DNA from: Minisyncoccia bacterium
GTDB taxonomy: Bacteria; Patescibacteriota; Minisyncoccia; Phycocordibacterales; Zambryskibacteraceae
DNA length: 50,850 bases
Direction of reading: 5' to 3'
NCBI GenBank assembly: GCA_049651785.1
Contig: JBASCT010000021.1
Coordinates: 1-50,850, forward strand
Position numbers and translations under genes: made by a program
In this document: positions 1 to 9,272 of the stretch, piece after piece
Layout: each line of letters starts with the position of its first letter
Numbering within the stretch: the first letter of the stretch is position 1
The notes under the pieces: model-generated
Database searches by the model: none
What the model saw: only the letters and a program-made list of their open reading frames with translations
What the model was told of the DNA's origin: nothing

Positions 1-218
1 CAAAACCGAGTCCATTGTTTAGAGCGTACGAGGTAGTTTCGAGCCACCACGCACGCGGAGCGTGCGATTAGTCGGCATCAGGATTTTGTTCGTAATAGGT
101 TCGGACTTTGTTAATGACACACCACCCTCGTTCACAGGCCTGTTTCCCCTCTAGGCTAGGCGTGCTATAATGGCTAGTGGCAATTATTTAGTCGATAAGA
201 TCAATAAGAATCATAAAT

Positions 219-374
219 ATGGATAAAGTAGTTGGATATTGCGTGAAGTGCAAGACCAAGCGAGAGATGAAGGACACGAAACAGGTTGAGATTAAACCTG
301 GTCGTCCGGCCGTTAAGGGCACTTGCTCGGTTTGCGGCACAGGCATGTACCGAATTCTCCCGAAGAAGAAATAA
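219..374 (+). CDS. Small zinc-ribbon protein, 51 aa (DUF5679-like)
   Basis: ATG 219, TAA 372-374. MDKVVGYCVKCKTKREMKD...GTCSVCGTGMYRILPKKK has two CxxC pairs. Below the ORF-track size cutoff. TGcTATAAT box at 163-171. Confidence 0.6.
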   Translation: MDKVVGYCVKCKTKREMKDTKQVEIKPGRPAVKGTCSVCGTGMYRILPKKK

Positions 375-388
375 TACCCCTTCTCTCT

Positions 389-1012
389 ATGAAGAGAACG
401 AATAGCCCCCAGAGAGGCAAGGCCTCGAAGGGGGCTTGCTCGTGGCCGAGGGAGGACCCCCTGATGCGGCGTTACCACGACCGAGAGTGGGGCGTGCCCG
501 TCACGGCCGAGCGGAAAATCTTTGAATTCCTGGTCCTCGAGAGCGCCCAAGCTGGGCTCTCTTGGCGCACCATCCTCTACAGACGCGGGGGCTATAGGCG
601 CGCCTTTGCGAGCTTCAACTACAAGAGGGTCGCACGCTTCGGTAGGCGAGACGCGGCCCGGCTCCTCAAGGACGCGCGGATTATCAGGAATCGCCTGAAG
701 ATAGAGGCGACGATAAACAACGCCAAGCGCTTTTTGGAAGTTCGGAAGGAATTCGGCACTTTCGCCAAGTATATGTGGGGTTTTGTCGGCGGACACTTGA
801 GGGATGGCAAGAGGCGAAGGGAGAAGGATGTGCCCGCGACAAGCCGGGAGTCTGACGCTTTCGCGGCGGACCTGAAGCGGCGGGGTTTTAAATTCCTCGG
901 CTCTACTGTCGTCTATGCTCACATGCAGGCCGTGGGGATGGTGAACGACCACATCAAGACCTGCCCGAGGTACAAAGAATTGAAAAAGAGGGGAACGCGG
1001 GTTAAGATTTAA
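389..1012 (+). CDS. tag: DNA-3-methyladenine glycosylase I
   Basis: Track ORF 323..1012. Motifs YHDREWGVP, LESAQAGLSW and VYAHMQAVGMVNDH are typical of Tag. Internal ATG 389 preferred because the 219..374 ORF occupies the upstream part. Confidence 0.85.
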   Translation: MKRTNSPQRGKASKGACSWPREDPLMRRYHDREWGVPVTAERKIFEFLVLESAQAGLSWRTILYRRGGYRRAFASFNYKRVARFGRRDAARLLKDARIIRNRLKIEATINNAKRFLEVRKEFGTFAKYMWGFVGGHLRDGKRRREKDVPATSRESDAFAADLKRRGFKFLGSTVVYAHMQAVGMVNDHIKTCPRYKELKKRGTRVKI

Positions 1013-1014
1013 TC

Positions 1015-1329
1015 ATGCACGACAAGGCACTACTCCTTATAGGTTTCGCCTCTCTTATAGCGCTCGCGATTCTCTTTACCACACCGATGGATGACAAAAA
1101 GCCGGCCCCCGCTCCTGGCGGCGGCACGAAACTTACCCTATGCCGAGCTACGGGCTGTAGCGGACAAATCTGCGCCGAGGAGGACCTTATAACCACCTGC
1201 GAATTCAGAGAAGAATACGCTTGTTATCAGAACGCGCGTTGCGAAAGGCAGCCGAGCGGCGGCTGCGGCTGGACCGAGACTCCGGAACTTCGCCAGTGTC
1301 TCTCGCGCTCGGGTGCCCAAGCAATCTAG
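1015..1329 (+). CDS. Small membrane-anchored Cys-rich protein (hypothetical)
   Basis: N-terminal hydrophobic helix LLLIGFASLIALAILF followed by 8 Cys in about 60 aa. No family recognised. Confidence 0.55.
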   Translation: MHDKALLLIGFASLIALAILFTTPMDDKKPAPAPGGGTKLTLCRATGCSGQICAEEDLITTCEFREEYACYQNARCERQPSGGCGWTETPELRQCLSRSGAQAI

Positions 1330-1335
1330 CGAGGC

Positions 1336-2538
1336 ATGTACGAAGACTACAGACCGAAGGGGCGCAAATTTCTTTTAGTCGTTGCGGTCTTCGCCCTCTC
1401 TATCGTCGGGGCGAACTTTTATCTCAAATCTGGGATTGAGCCGCCCCCGCCTGCGGTAACTCCGCCGCTCGCCGAAGAGGCGCCGATCAAGGAACTCCCC
1501 GCCCGAACGACTGACGTCGTTCAGTCGGGCAGGTCGGCCAGAGCCACAAGTGTGGCGACAGGGTTTAGCATCCCGTGGGAGGTCGCCTTTCTTCCCACGG
1601 GCGAGATGCTTGTGACGGAGCGACCGGGGCGCCTTGTGAAAATTAACGGATTCGATAAACTCACCGCAGGTGGAGAGACGCGCGAGACCATCGCTGTTAA
1701 GGGCGTGCGCCACTCGGGTGAGGGTGGGCTCTTGGGTCTCGCCCTCCACCCCGACTTTGCCTCCAATAATTTCGTCTATCTCTACTTCACGGCGGCGAAA
1801 GCGGACGGGGTCGTAAACAAGGTCGTAAGATACGTTCTCCATAGCACGGTTCTCGTGGAGGACAGAATCATTCTCGACGAGATACCCGGCTCGGCGAATC
1901 ACAACGGCGGGCGTATCGCCTTCGGCCCCGACGGTCTTCTTTACATCACGACCGGGGACGCGGGTGACGCAAGCTCAGCGCAGGACCCGTACAGTCTCGC
2001 CGGCAAGATTTTGCGCGTTACGGCTCTGGGCAAAGTGCCGCCCGACAATCCTTTCAACAATGAAGTTTATTCTTATGGGCACAGGAATCCGCAGGGACTG
2101 GCTTGGGACAATTTAGGACGCCTTTGGGCAACGGAGCACGGACGCTCGGGTCTGCAATCGGGCTATGACGAAATCAATTTGATTGAAAAGGGCGCCAACT
2201 ATGGCTGGCCCGATATTGAAGGTGATGAGACGGCTGAGGGGATGCGAGCGCCTGTACTCCACTCTGGCGCCGATACCACTTGGGCGCCCGCGGGACTTGT
2301 TTTCCATTCAGGCAAGCTCTACTGGGCGGGTTTGCGCGGTGCCGCGCTCTACGAGGCGGAAATTACTCCCGAAGGCAAACTTACCAATCCCAAAAGTTAT
2401 TTTGCGGAACAATTCGGCCGCCTGCGAGCCGTGGCGCTTGGTCCCGACGGCCTGCTCTACCTCTCGACCTCCAACACCGACGGTCGCGGCCGCCTGCGAG
2501 AGGGGGATGATAGAATCATAAAAGTAGGCTTCGAATAG
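1336..2538 (+). CDS. PQQ-dependent sugar dehydrogenase (soluble glucose/sorbosone dehydrogenase, YliI-like)
   Basis: NHNGGRIAFGPDG, GHRNPQGLAWD and GYDEINLIEKGANYGWP motifs of the beta-propeller family. N-terminal TM anchor. Confidence 0.8.
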   Translation: MYEDYRPKGRKFLLVVAVFALSIVGANFYLKSGIEPPPPAVTPPLAEEAPIKELPARTTDVVQSGRSARATSVATGFSIPWEVAFLPTGEMLVTERPGRLVKINGFDKLTAGGETRETIAVKGVRHSGEGGLLGLALHPDFASNNFVYLYFTAAKADGVVNKVVRYVLHSTVLVEDRIILDEIPGSANHNGGRIAFGPDGLLYITTGDAGDASSAQDPYSLAGKILRVTALGKVPPDNPFNNEVYSYGHRNPQGLAWDNLGRLWATEHGRSGLQSGYDEINLIEKGANYGWPDIEGDETAEGMRAPVLHSGADTTWAPAGLVFHSGKLYWAGLRGAALYEAEITPEGKLTNPKSYFAEQFGRLRAVALGPDGLLYLSTSNTDGRGRLREGDDRIIKVGFE

Positions 2539-2543
2539 AGTTT

Positions 2544-3464
2544 ATGAAAAGTCTTCTGAATACGGCCTTAAGTTTTTTCATCATTGCGGCGGGTCTTTTC
2601 GCCCTGAATCGGTGGGACTTCTCTTTCGCTCCGCCGCCGGCCTGCGCAAAGCCGATCACCTACAACATCGGCGCCTTCGACAGGCGCTTCGGCATCTCGC
2701 ACGAAAACTTCCTTAAAGCCCTGGCTCTTGCCGAAGCAATTTGGGAGAAGCCCTCCGGGCGCGACCTCTTCAGCTACTCTCCGGAGAAGGCCACCCTGCC
2801 GATAAATCTTATCTACGACTACAGACAGGAGACGACCAGTACCTTGACGGACCTTGGCGAGACGCTCGAGCGGACTGAAGAAACTTATAACGCAATGAGG
2901 GCGACCTACCTTGGCCTCAAGGTGGATTACGACAAAGCCAAAGCCGCTTACGAATCACGGGTCGTCGCCTTCAACAGCGCTAACGACGCGTTCGCCGAAC
3001 GGGTCGAGGCCTGGACCGGGGGCTCGAGAACTTCTAAGAGCGAGTTCGAGGCGCTCGGCCGAGCGCGCGAGGCGCTTGAACGGGAGGCGGCGGAGCTCAA
3101 ACGGCTTGAGCGAGAGCTCAACAGGATTGTCGATGAGATTAACAGGATGGTCGGCGAGCTCAACAGTCTCGCGACCGAACTTAATCTCGAGGTCGAGCGG
3201 TACAACACCATCGGCGCCTCCCGCGGCGAGACCTTCACCGGCGGGGTTTATTATGAAAACTCGGGCAAGCGCGGCATTGATATCTTCGAATTCTCAAACC
3301 AGGACAAACTCGTAAGGATTCTCGCCCACGAACTCGGGCACGCGCTCGGACTCGAGCACCACGCCGACCCCGAGGGGATTATGTATCGCCTCAATAAGGG
3401 GGAAAATATTGCGCCCTCAGCGACGGACCTCGCCTCGCTCGAGGCTCTCTGTGGCGCCGAGTAA
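2544..3464 (+). CDS. Matrixin-like zinc metalloprotease with coiled-coil insert
   Basis: HELGHALGLEHH zinc site followed by Met-turn-like GIMY. N-terminal TM/signal segment. Central Ala/Glu/Arg-rich helical region. Confidence 0.75.
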   Translation: MKSLLNTALSFFIIAAGLFALNRWDFSFAPPPACAKPITYNIGAFDRRFGISHENFLKALALAEAIWEKPSGRDLFSYSPEKATLPINLIYDYRQETTSTLTDLGETLERTEETYNAMRATYLGLKVDYDKAKAAYESRVVAFNSANDAFAERVEAWTGGSRTSKSEFEALGRAREALEREAAELKRLERELNRIVDEINRMVGELNSLATELNLEVERYNTIGASRGETFTGGVYYENSGKRGIDIFEFSNQDKLVRILAHELGHALGLEHHADPEGIMYRLNKGENIAPSATDLASLEALCGAE

Positions 3465-3487
3465 ATTTTTGCTATAATCTCCTGACT

Positions 3488-3715
3488 ATGGGAATAAAAG
3501 ATTTCTTTCTGCGGCAAGCCCTTAAGGTCAAGATGAAGGACGTGCCCGAGGCGCAAAGGAATGAACTTATGGCGCTCATGGAACAAAACCCAGATTTTTT
3601 TAAAAAAATAGGTGATGAGGTTAAAAAGAGGGTAAAGCAGGGTCAGAGCGAGACGGCGGCGACTATGGTTGTCATGCGCGAGCATCAGGCGGAATTTCAG
3701 AAACTAAAGAGATAA
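3488..3715 (+). CDS. Hypothetical small helical protein, 75 aa
   Basis: Track ORF. TGcTATAAT at 3470-3478 lies 9 nt upstream of the ATG. No family recognised. Confidence 0.5.
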   Translation: MGIKDFFLRQALKVKMKDVPEAQRNELMALMEQNPDFFKKIGDEVKKRVKQGQSETAATMVVMREHQAEFQKLKR

Positions 3716-3717
3716 AA

Positions 3718-4308
3718 ATGTTTTCAGCTAAGCCCAAAAAAATTTTCATCCTGCTCGGCCATCCCGACCCCGACAGCTTTAACTGCACTTTAGCCAACGA
3801 ATATCAAAGGGGAGCGGAACAAGCCGGGCATGACGTACGCAGGATGAATGTCGGTGATATGAAGTTTGACCCAGTACTCCACCACGGCTACCGCCTGAAG
3901 CAGGACCTTGAACCAGATCTCGTCGCCATGCAGGAGAATGTGAGGTGGTGCGACCACTTCGTCATAATCTACCCATCTTGGTGGTCCACGATGCCGGCGC
4001 TACTCAAAGGGCTCTTCGATCGCGCTTGGCTCTCCGGTTTTGCTTTCAAATTCCATCCCTCGGGCAACTTATGGACGAGACTCTTGAAAGGCAAGAGCGC
4101 TTCTATGATTGTCACCTCCGACACCGAACCCCTTGTCCAGCGCATCGTCTTCGGCGACACGACGAACGAACTGAGAAAAGGTATTTTATGGTTCTCGGGC
4201 CTTTCCCCGATTTATGTTCACAAATTCGGCTACCTCAAGCACTTCGGTCTCTGGCGAAGAGAGATGGTGAAGCGCAAGGTCTACGACCTCGGCCGCAAGG
4301 CAAAATAA
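3718..4308 (+). CDS. NAD(P)H dehydrogenase (quinone), flavodoxin-like fold family
   Basis: KIFILLGHPDPDSFN and IIYPSWWSTMPALLKGLFDR resemble the Flavodoxin_2/NQO-type family. Confidence 0.75.
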   Translation: MFSAKPKKIFILLGHPDPDSFNCTLANEYQRGAEQAGHDVRRMNVGDMKFDPVLHHGYRLKQDLEPDLVAMQENVRWCDHFVIIYPSWWSTMPALLKGLFDRAWLSGFAFKFHPSGNLWTRLLKGKSASMIVTSDTEPLVQRIVFGDTTNELRKGILWFSGLSPIYVHKFGYLKHFGLWRREMVKRKVYDLGRKAK

Positions 4309-4331
4309 AATCCGCCCAAAGGGCGGATTTT
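4307..4331. terminator. Bidirectional hairpin terminator between convergent genes
   Basis: aaaatccgccc-aaa-gggcggatttt: perfect 11-bp stem flanked by A and T runs. Confidence 0.75.
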
Positions 4332-4353
4332 ATTCTCTAAAGGTTCTATTTAA

Positions 4354-5343
4354 CTAATTCGAGGTCGAAGCGCTGAAGACCGGGGTCACCGTGCGGTTGC
4401 CCGAGCCGTCGCGCGATTCGGCGGCGAAGTAGTAGAGAGTAGAGGTTGAGAGTCCCGAGAGATTCAGAGCATGACTCTGCTTCAAGGAAGTGTTTTCCAA
4501 GAAGTTCGTGGAAGTGGCGTTGACATCAAGCGAAGCTGAGGTGCCGTAGTAGACTTTCGAGGTTGCGTTCTCGTTTGTCTGCCAGGAAACCGTGGCACTC
4601 GTGCTTGCCACGAGGAGCGTTACATTCGAGATGGTCGGCGCCGTAACGTCGGCTACCAGAGATTTGGTCGCGAAGGAAAGCTCGGAGGAAGTCGAGACAT
4701 TTCCGGCCGCATCCTTGGAGCGAACAATGAAGTAGTAGGTGGTGGAGGCCGTAAGGTTTTCAAGAACGATTTTATGTTCTTTAACCCTATCGCTTTTTGT
4801 AACGGAAGCCGTTGTGGAGCTGTTAACATTTACTCCGGCGGTGGCGCTCCAGAAGACGGTTGAGTCCGACTTCTCGTTGGTATTCCAAGTGATCACTGCT
4901 TTCAGAGTATTCGGCTTAGCAGAGATGTTCGAGAGAATCGGCGCTACGGTGTCGACCGTGGAGGAAGCCGTGCCGGTGAAGGTGGCGTTCACTCCGAACG
5001 GCCTAAGACACTCGATAAGATCGGCAATGTCGGCGTTATTCGCCAAGAAGCCGTGACCGAAGAGGCGCTTAAAGACCTGTCGGCAGGATTTGGCGAGAGC
5101 CTGATCAGACTTCTTTTTGGTCCAATCTTCTTGTCTGTCGCTTCTCCTGTTGTCGTCTTTGTCGTCATCATCATCGTCGCTGTCATCGTCGCGATCGTCG
5201 TTGATTTCGACTCTTTCGGAACGGTCACTCGACTTGCGCTTCTTTTTGCCATTGTCGTTGTCATGGGCAAACGAGAGAGCCGGCGCGAGCAAGATTGCCA
5301 GCACGAGGGAAAACACGGTTAACTTTCTAAAGGTATCTGTCAT
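4354..5343 (-). CDS. Secreted protein with poly-Asp tract and two FN3-like repeats
   Basis: Signal peptide LVLAILLAPALSFA. DDRDDDSDDDDDDKDDN tract. Two tandem ~95-aa repeats (..ISN..W.TNE...YYF...D..GN). Confidence 0.65.
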   Translation of the reverse strand: MTDTFRKLTVFSLVLAILLAPALSFAHDNDNGKKKRKSSDRSERVEINDDRDDDSDDDDDDKDDNRRSDRQEDWTKKKSDQALAKSCRQVFKRLFGHGFLANNADIADLIECLRPFGVNATFTGTASSTVDTVAPILSNISAKPNTLKAVITWNTNEKSDSTVFWSATAGVNVNSSTTASVTKSDRVKEHKIVLENLTASTTYYFIVRSKDAAGNVSTSSELSFATKSLVADVTAPTISNVTLLVASTSATVSWQTNENATSKVYYGTSASLDVNATSTNFLENTSLKQSHALNLSGLSTSTLYYFAAESRDGSGNRTVTPVFSASTSN

Positions 5344-5488
5344 AAGGTTTTTTTAAGTTTTATGGAGACTTTTCGTCTCTCCCTTATTCAGACGCCCGAA
5401 ACGGAGGCTTCTTTCGTAGACAGGAATGGGTTTATATCGTATTGTTTTGAGGCGGGAAACCGCGAAAGTTTGTGTCCCCCAATCCGTC

Positions 5489-6007
5489 ATGTCTATTAGT
5501 GAGCTCGAAAAGCGCTTTAGCGATATTTACAATAAAGAGTCGGACGCCCTGTTCCGTTTCTGTTTCCTGCGGGTTTCCGACAGGGAAAAGGCGCTCGATC
5601 TCACTCAGGAAGCGTTTACCCGCCTCTGGCGAACTTTTACAAGCGGAAAGGAAGTAGGGAACCCGCGCGCCCTTGTCTTCGTCACGGCGCGGAATCTCAT
5701 TATCGACTGGTACAGGAGGAAGAAACCCCTCTCCCTCGAGGGGCTCTCGGCTGATGACGACAAGTCCTTCGATATTCCCGACGAGAAAGCGTTAAGAGAA
5801 ATTGAACTTTCATCCGATGCTCGGCGCGCGCTCGAACTTGTCGAGGAACTCGAAGCTGAGTACCGCGAAGTAATCTACTTGCGTTTCGTCTCCGACCTCG
5901 AGCCCCGCGATATCGCCGAGGTTTTGGGACTCAACGCCAACACCGTCTCGGTCCGCCTGACCCGGGGGATGGACGCTCTGCGCCGACTCATGGGTATCGA
6001 AAAATAG
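5489..6007 (+). CDS. ECF-type RNA polymerase sigma-70 family factor
   Basis: Region 2 (ARNLIIDWYRR) and region 4 HTH (PRDIAEVLGLNANTVSVRLTRG). ATG 5489 preferred over the track start 5426. Confidence 0.8.
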   Translation: MSISELEKRFSDIYNKESDALFRFCFLRVSDREKALDLTQEAFTRLWRTFTSGKEVGNPRALVFVTARNLIIDWYRRKKPLSLEGLSADDDKSFDIPDEKALREIELSSDARRALELVEELEAEYREVIYLRFVSDLEPRDIAEVLGLNANTVSVRLTRGMDALRRLMGIEK

Positions 6008-6031
6008 TTCGATAAACTCACCACAAGTAAA
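6008..6031 (+). promoter_or_regulatory. Conserved intercistronic spacer motif, copy 1
   Basis: ttcgataaactcaccacaagtaaa fills exactly the 24 nt from TAG of the sigma gene to ATG 6032. See copies at 22160, 22643, 24967 and 27818. Confidence 0.7.
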
Positions 6032-6910
6032 ATGAACGAAAAAGATTTCAACAAAGGAATAGAAGAGCTCAAAAATATCCGTCTTTCAAAGTCGGAGAAA
6101 GAGAGTATTTTCAAACAGGTTGTGTCGGCGCCGATTGAATCTCCGTACGTTAAGCGCTCACCGATTTTCATCTCCATTTTTACAAGGCACGCTCAGGTAT
6201 TTGTCGCCGCCTCGCTCATCTTCGTAGTATCTTTCGGCGGCGTCATCTACGCTTCCGACGAAGCCCTCCCCGGCGACATTCTCTATCCGGTAAAGACGGC
6301 CATGGTTGAACCCGTGCTCGACCGAGTTTACAGCGCGCCGGACGACAAGCTTGTTTGGGAAGAGGAAAAAGTCGAGCGACGCATCGCCGAGGCGGAGAAA
6401 CTTATAGAAAAAGATGAGCTCGATGATGAAAAGCTCGCCAAGCTTGAAGCAAAAATCGAGAGAAGCTCGATCGCCTTCGCGGAAGCGGCCAGTCTCGTCG
6501 CTTCTTCTACCGCGACCTCGAGCTCTTCTAAAAAAGAGAGAGAAAAGAAGATAAAAGAAAATTTTAGGGCTAAAATAAACGAGCGGAAAATTGCTTTTGA
6601 CGATGATGACGATGAGGAGCTTGATGATTCGGCGTCTTCCGCCACCATGATGATGTCGGTTCCCGTTGCCGACCAAGACAGAGTTTTGAATGAATTGACG
6701 GGTGAGAGCTCAAAGCGCGGCGGCAAGAGTCTCAACAAGGACAAAATTGAAAGATTGAAGAAAGCCGCGACCAGAAACCTCAACGGCGATGATGACGACC
6801 ACGACGATGATGAAAACAGGGACGATGATGACGACAACGACGAGCGAGACGATAGGGAGAATAGTGTCGAGACTGAAGTGGAGATTAAAATAGAGGACGT
6901 TCGTATATAA
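6032..6910 (+). CDS. Putative anti-sigma/membrane partner of the ECF sigma factor
   Basis: Immediately downstream of the sigma gene. Single TM helix VFVAASLIFVVSFGGVIYA, coiled coil, Asp-rich tail. The role is inferred from position only. Confidence 0.5.
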   Translation: MNEKDFNKGIEELKNIRLSKSEKESIFKQVVSAPIESPYVKRSPIFISIFTRHAQVFVAASLIFVVSFGGVIYASDEALPGDILYPVKTAMVEPVLDRVYSAPDDKLVWEEEKVERRIAEAEKLIEKDELDDEKLAKLEAKIERSSIAFAEAASLVASSTATSSSSKKEREKKIKENFRAKINERKIAFDDDDDEELDDSASSATMMMSVPVADQDRVLNELTGESSKRGGKSLNKDKIERLKKAATRNLNGDDDDHDDDENRDDDDDNDERDDRENSVETEVEIKIEDVRI

Positions 6911-6914
6911 AAAA

Positions 6915-6936
6915 CGGGCTGTATTGCTACAGCCCG
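6915..6936. terminator. Bidirectional hairpin terminator
   Basis: cgggctgta-ttgc-tacagcccg: 9-bp stem with an A-run before and ctttg after. Lies between convergent genes. Confidence 0.7.
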
Positions 6937-6957
6937 CTTTGACATCTGATATTAATC

Positions 6958-7374
6958 TCACACTCGCCGGCTGACGAACCCAATGGCAACGATGAGAATC
7001 ACGATAAATCCGACAAGCATCCACGTGGTGGTGTTTGCAGAAGGGTTTCCTTTCTTGACATACGTCCCCGGAATCGTGAGAAAACTTTCCGGAACGTTTA
7101 TCGGTGAGTATTTGCCCTTCTCCTGCTCTCCATCGAGACAGAGCCCTTGGAACTTGAGGTTGCTCCGCTTCGCGTAACTCTCGACGAGCTCGCGATCGGA
7201 AACAGAGAGCGACTCGGCGTGGAAACAGAGCGCTCCGGGAACCTCGGCTGTTGTTTCGCCCATCGTGTCCTCGAGGAAGTCTTCGTCGTCGGTCGTGGGG
7301 AAGTGAGTGATGCTCTGCGCTCCTGCGCCGATGGCGAAGAATGTGCTGAGCACGAGAACCAGAATCTTGAACAT
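6958..7374 (-). CDS. Hypothetical exported protein with C-terminal TM anchor
   Basis: AAGGAG 8 nt upstream of ATG 7374 (track ORF extends to 7419). Signal-like N-terminus, C-terminal helix WMLVGFIVILIVAIGFV. Confidence 0.55.
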   Translation of the reverse strand: MFKILVLVLSTFFAIGAGAQSITHFPTTDDEDFLEDTMGETTAEVPGALCFHAESLSVSDRELVESYAKRSNLKFQGLCLDGEQEKGKYSPINVPESFLTIPGTYVKKGNPSANTTTWMLVGFIVILIVAIGFVSRRV

Positions 7375-7505
7375 GTAAGGAACTCCTTTTTGAGTAGATT
7401 TAGCCTTGGAACTAGCCAAGACACCTGCAAGTATTCTATCATATTTAACCTATTTGTCAAGTATAAGGTTTTGAGATTAAGACCTTAAGTGATAGATTTA
7501 TACGC

Positions 7506-8327
7506 ATGTCCAAATTGTCCGTAGGTATTGTCGGGCTACCGAATGTGGGGAAGTCCACGCTCTTTAACGCGCTCACCAAAAAAGGTGTGCCCGCCGAGAA
7601 TTATCCCTTCTGCACCATAGACCCTTCGGTCGGCATCGTACCTGTGCCCGACGAACGTTTGGAAAAACTTTCTAAACTGTCTAAATCGAAGAAAACTATC
7701 CCAGCTGTGGTTGAGTTTGTGGACATCGCAGGACTCGTTAAGGGCGCCTCCGAGGGGGAGGGGCTCGGCAATAAATTTCTTTCGCACATTAGAGAAGTGG
7801 ACGCTATAATCGAAGTGGTGCGCACCTTCGAAGACTCGGACATCATCCACGTTCACAACAAAGTGGATCCGCTCTTCGACATCGGCATCATTAATATTGA
7901 GCTGGAAGCGGCAGGTATAAAAAAACCAACTCTTTATGTTCTGAATATCTCCGAGGTTTCTGAACAGATTTCTCAAGAATTTAAATCAAAGATTCCGGGA
8001 CCGTACTTGGAAGTTGATCCGGTCTTCGGTACGGGGCTGGACAAACTTATTGTCGAGGCATACAAACTTTTAGATTTGATTACATTTTTTACCACGGGCG
8101 AGAAGGAGTCGCGCGCCTGGACTACACATCGTGGCGCCAAAGCGCCCGAGGCGGGGAAGTCAATCCACAGCGACTTCCAAGAAAAGTTTATCCGCGCCGA
8201 AGTGATCCACTACGACAAACTCTTGGAAGCCGGCTCTTACGCCGCGGCGCGTGAGAAGGGCTGGCTCCGGACGGAGGGGAAGGATTACACTGTCCAAGAC
8301 GGCGATGTTATTGAATTTTTGATATAA
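7506..8327 (+). CDS. ychF: Redox-regulated ATPase YchF (compact form)
   Basis: [16 protein letters not shown]-loop, [11 protein letters not shown]-terminal [13 protein letters not shown]...FIRAEV. At 273 aa it is shorter than typical YchF. TGaTAGATT lies 7 nt upstream of the ATG. Confidence 0.85.
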   Translation: MSKLSVGIVGLPNVGKSTLFNALTKKGVPAENYPFCTIDPSVGIVPVPDERLEKLSKLSKSKKTIPAVVEFVDIAGLVKGASEGEGLGNKFLSHIREVDAIIEVVRTFEDSDIIHVHNKVDPLFDIGIINIELEAAGIKKPTLYVLNISEVSEQISQEFKSKIPGPYLEVDPVFGTGLDKLIVEAYKLLDLITFFTTGEKESRAWTTHRGAKAPEAGKSIHSDFQEKFIRAEVIHYDKLLEAGSYAAAREKGWLRTEGKDYTVQDGDVIEFLI

Positions 8328-8328
8328 T
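8320..8328 (+). promoter_or_regulatory. Extended -10 box (TGaTATAAT) 6 nt upstream of ATG 8335
   Basis: The box overlaps the ychF stop codon (TAA 8325-8327). The spacing implies a leaderless transcript. Confidence 0.55.
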
Positions 8329-8334
8329 AGAGGG

Positions 8335-9252
8335 ATGAACACAAAAACAACAGCCAAAGATTTTCTTTTACACCTCGCCACCGTTGCCCTTCTTTATGCG
8401 GGCACGGTTGCGCTTCTTAACATTTTATTTAGAGTTATAAACACCGCCTTCCCTGAAGTTAATCAATATGGCTACTATGGCTCGTCTTCTATAAGCTTTC
8501 CCGTCGCCACTCTTATCGTTGTATTCCCACTCTTTCTCTTCCTCGCCAATGTTTTGCGCAAGGGATATGCCGAAGACCCTTCTCGCAAGGAGTATGCAGT
8601 GCGTAAGTGGCTTATCTATATAACTCTTTTTATCGCAGGAGCAGTGCTCGCCGGGGATCTAATCATCCTCATCTACAGATTCCTTGACGGACAAGAACTT
8701 ACCACCGCCTTTCTCTTGAAAGTCTTTGCTGTCTTTGTTGTCACTGGTTCAATCTTCGGGTACTACTTTGATGACCTTAAAGACAGATTAAGTGGCTCAA
8801 GGAGAACTTTGTGGAGAGTCGCCGCAGTCGTACTTGTGGTTGGCTCGATAGTGGCGGGTTTCTCGGTTCTTGGAACACCGCAGAGTCAACGCATGCTCCG
8901 ATACGATTCACAAAAAGTTTCCGACCTCCAGAGTATCCAATGGCAATTAATAAATTACTGGCAGCAGAAGGGTTCTCTTCCTGAAAATCTTGAGAGCTTA
9001 AAAGATCCAATCTCCGGCTACTCTCTGCCTCTTGACCCAGAGTCTAAGGCTCCATACGAGTACAAAAAGACAGGAGCAATGTCGTTCGAACTCTGCGCCG
9101 AATTCAATAAAGAGAGCACGAAAGATTCCATGAGTCGCATGGCCTATATTGAACCTGTCGGCAAGACTCCCGAGAATTGGCAGCACAGCGCGGGGCGCAA
9201 CTGTTTCTCCCGCACTATTGATCCTGAACTCTACCCCGTCAGGTCTAAATAA
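8335..9252 (+). CDS. Multi-pass membrane protein (DUF5671-like N-terminus), hypothetical
   Basis: Several hydrophobic helices in the first ~190 aa, then a soluble C-terminal domain. Confidence 0.6.
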   Translation: MNTKTTAKDFLLHLATVALLYAGTVALLNILFRVINTAFPEVNQYGYYGSSSISFPVATLIVVFPLFLFLANVLRKGYAEDPSRKEYAVRKWLIYITLFIAGAVLAGDLIILIYRFLDGQELTTAFLLKVFAVFVVTGSIFGYYFDDLKDRLSGSRRTLWRVAAVVLVVGSIVAGFSVLGTPQSQRMLRYDSQKVSDLQSIQWQLINYWQQKGSLPENLESLKDPISGYSLPLDPESKAPYEYKKTGAMSFELCAEFNKESTKDSMSRMAYIEPVGKTPENWQHSAGRNCFSRTIDPELYPVRSK

Positions 9253-9257
9253 TCCTC

Positions 9258-9266
9258 TGTTATACT
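9258..9266 (+). promoter_or_regulatory. Extended -10 box (TGtTATACT) 6 nt upstream of leuS ATG
   Basis: tgttatact ggccac ATG. The same 9-mer occurs upstream of metG at 42268. Confidence 0.55.
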
Positions 9267-9272
9267 GGCCAC

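Noticed and set aside
1-218. Possible RNA gene or gene end in the first ~200 nt (hairpin cgcacgc-ggag-gcgtgcg at about 50-67).
   Set aside because: I could fold no convincing rRNA, tRNA or RNase P-like structure. Only short ORFs are present in any frame, and the window edge prevents a call. The only supported element is the TGcTATAAT box at 163-171.
188-952. 254-aa minus-strand ORF overlapping tag. Similar long antisense ORFs occur at 6328..6945, 15308..15820, 19382..19996, 23546..24442, 24900..25577, 33077..33604 and 49521..50102.
   Set aside because: Each lies antisense to a gene with clear family motifs (tag, anti-sigma candidate, mnmA, alaS, rpoA, rpsI/grpE, GNAT, trpS). They have low-complexity or Arg/Ser-rich products and no start signals. 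This is typical of shadow ORFs in GC-rich coding DNA.
5100-5230. Repetitive GAT/GAC-rich DNA (also 6590-6850 and 32225-32335), considered as a possible CRISPR array or tandem repeat.
   Set aside because: These are in-frame poly-Asp codon runs inside ORFs. There is no repeat-spacer periodicity and no cas genes. No CRISPR array is present in the window.
5426-5488. N-terminal extension of the ECF sigma ORF, and a possible GGAAAC ... CGTC ECF-type autoregulatory promoter at 5455-5488.
   Set aside because: The extension (MGLYRIVLRRETAKVCVPQSV) has no sigma-like sequence. The AAC-to-CGTC spacing is 24 nt, against the ~16-17 nt expected for ECF promoters, and CGTC abuts the ATG.
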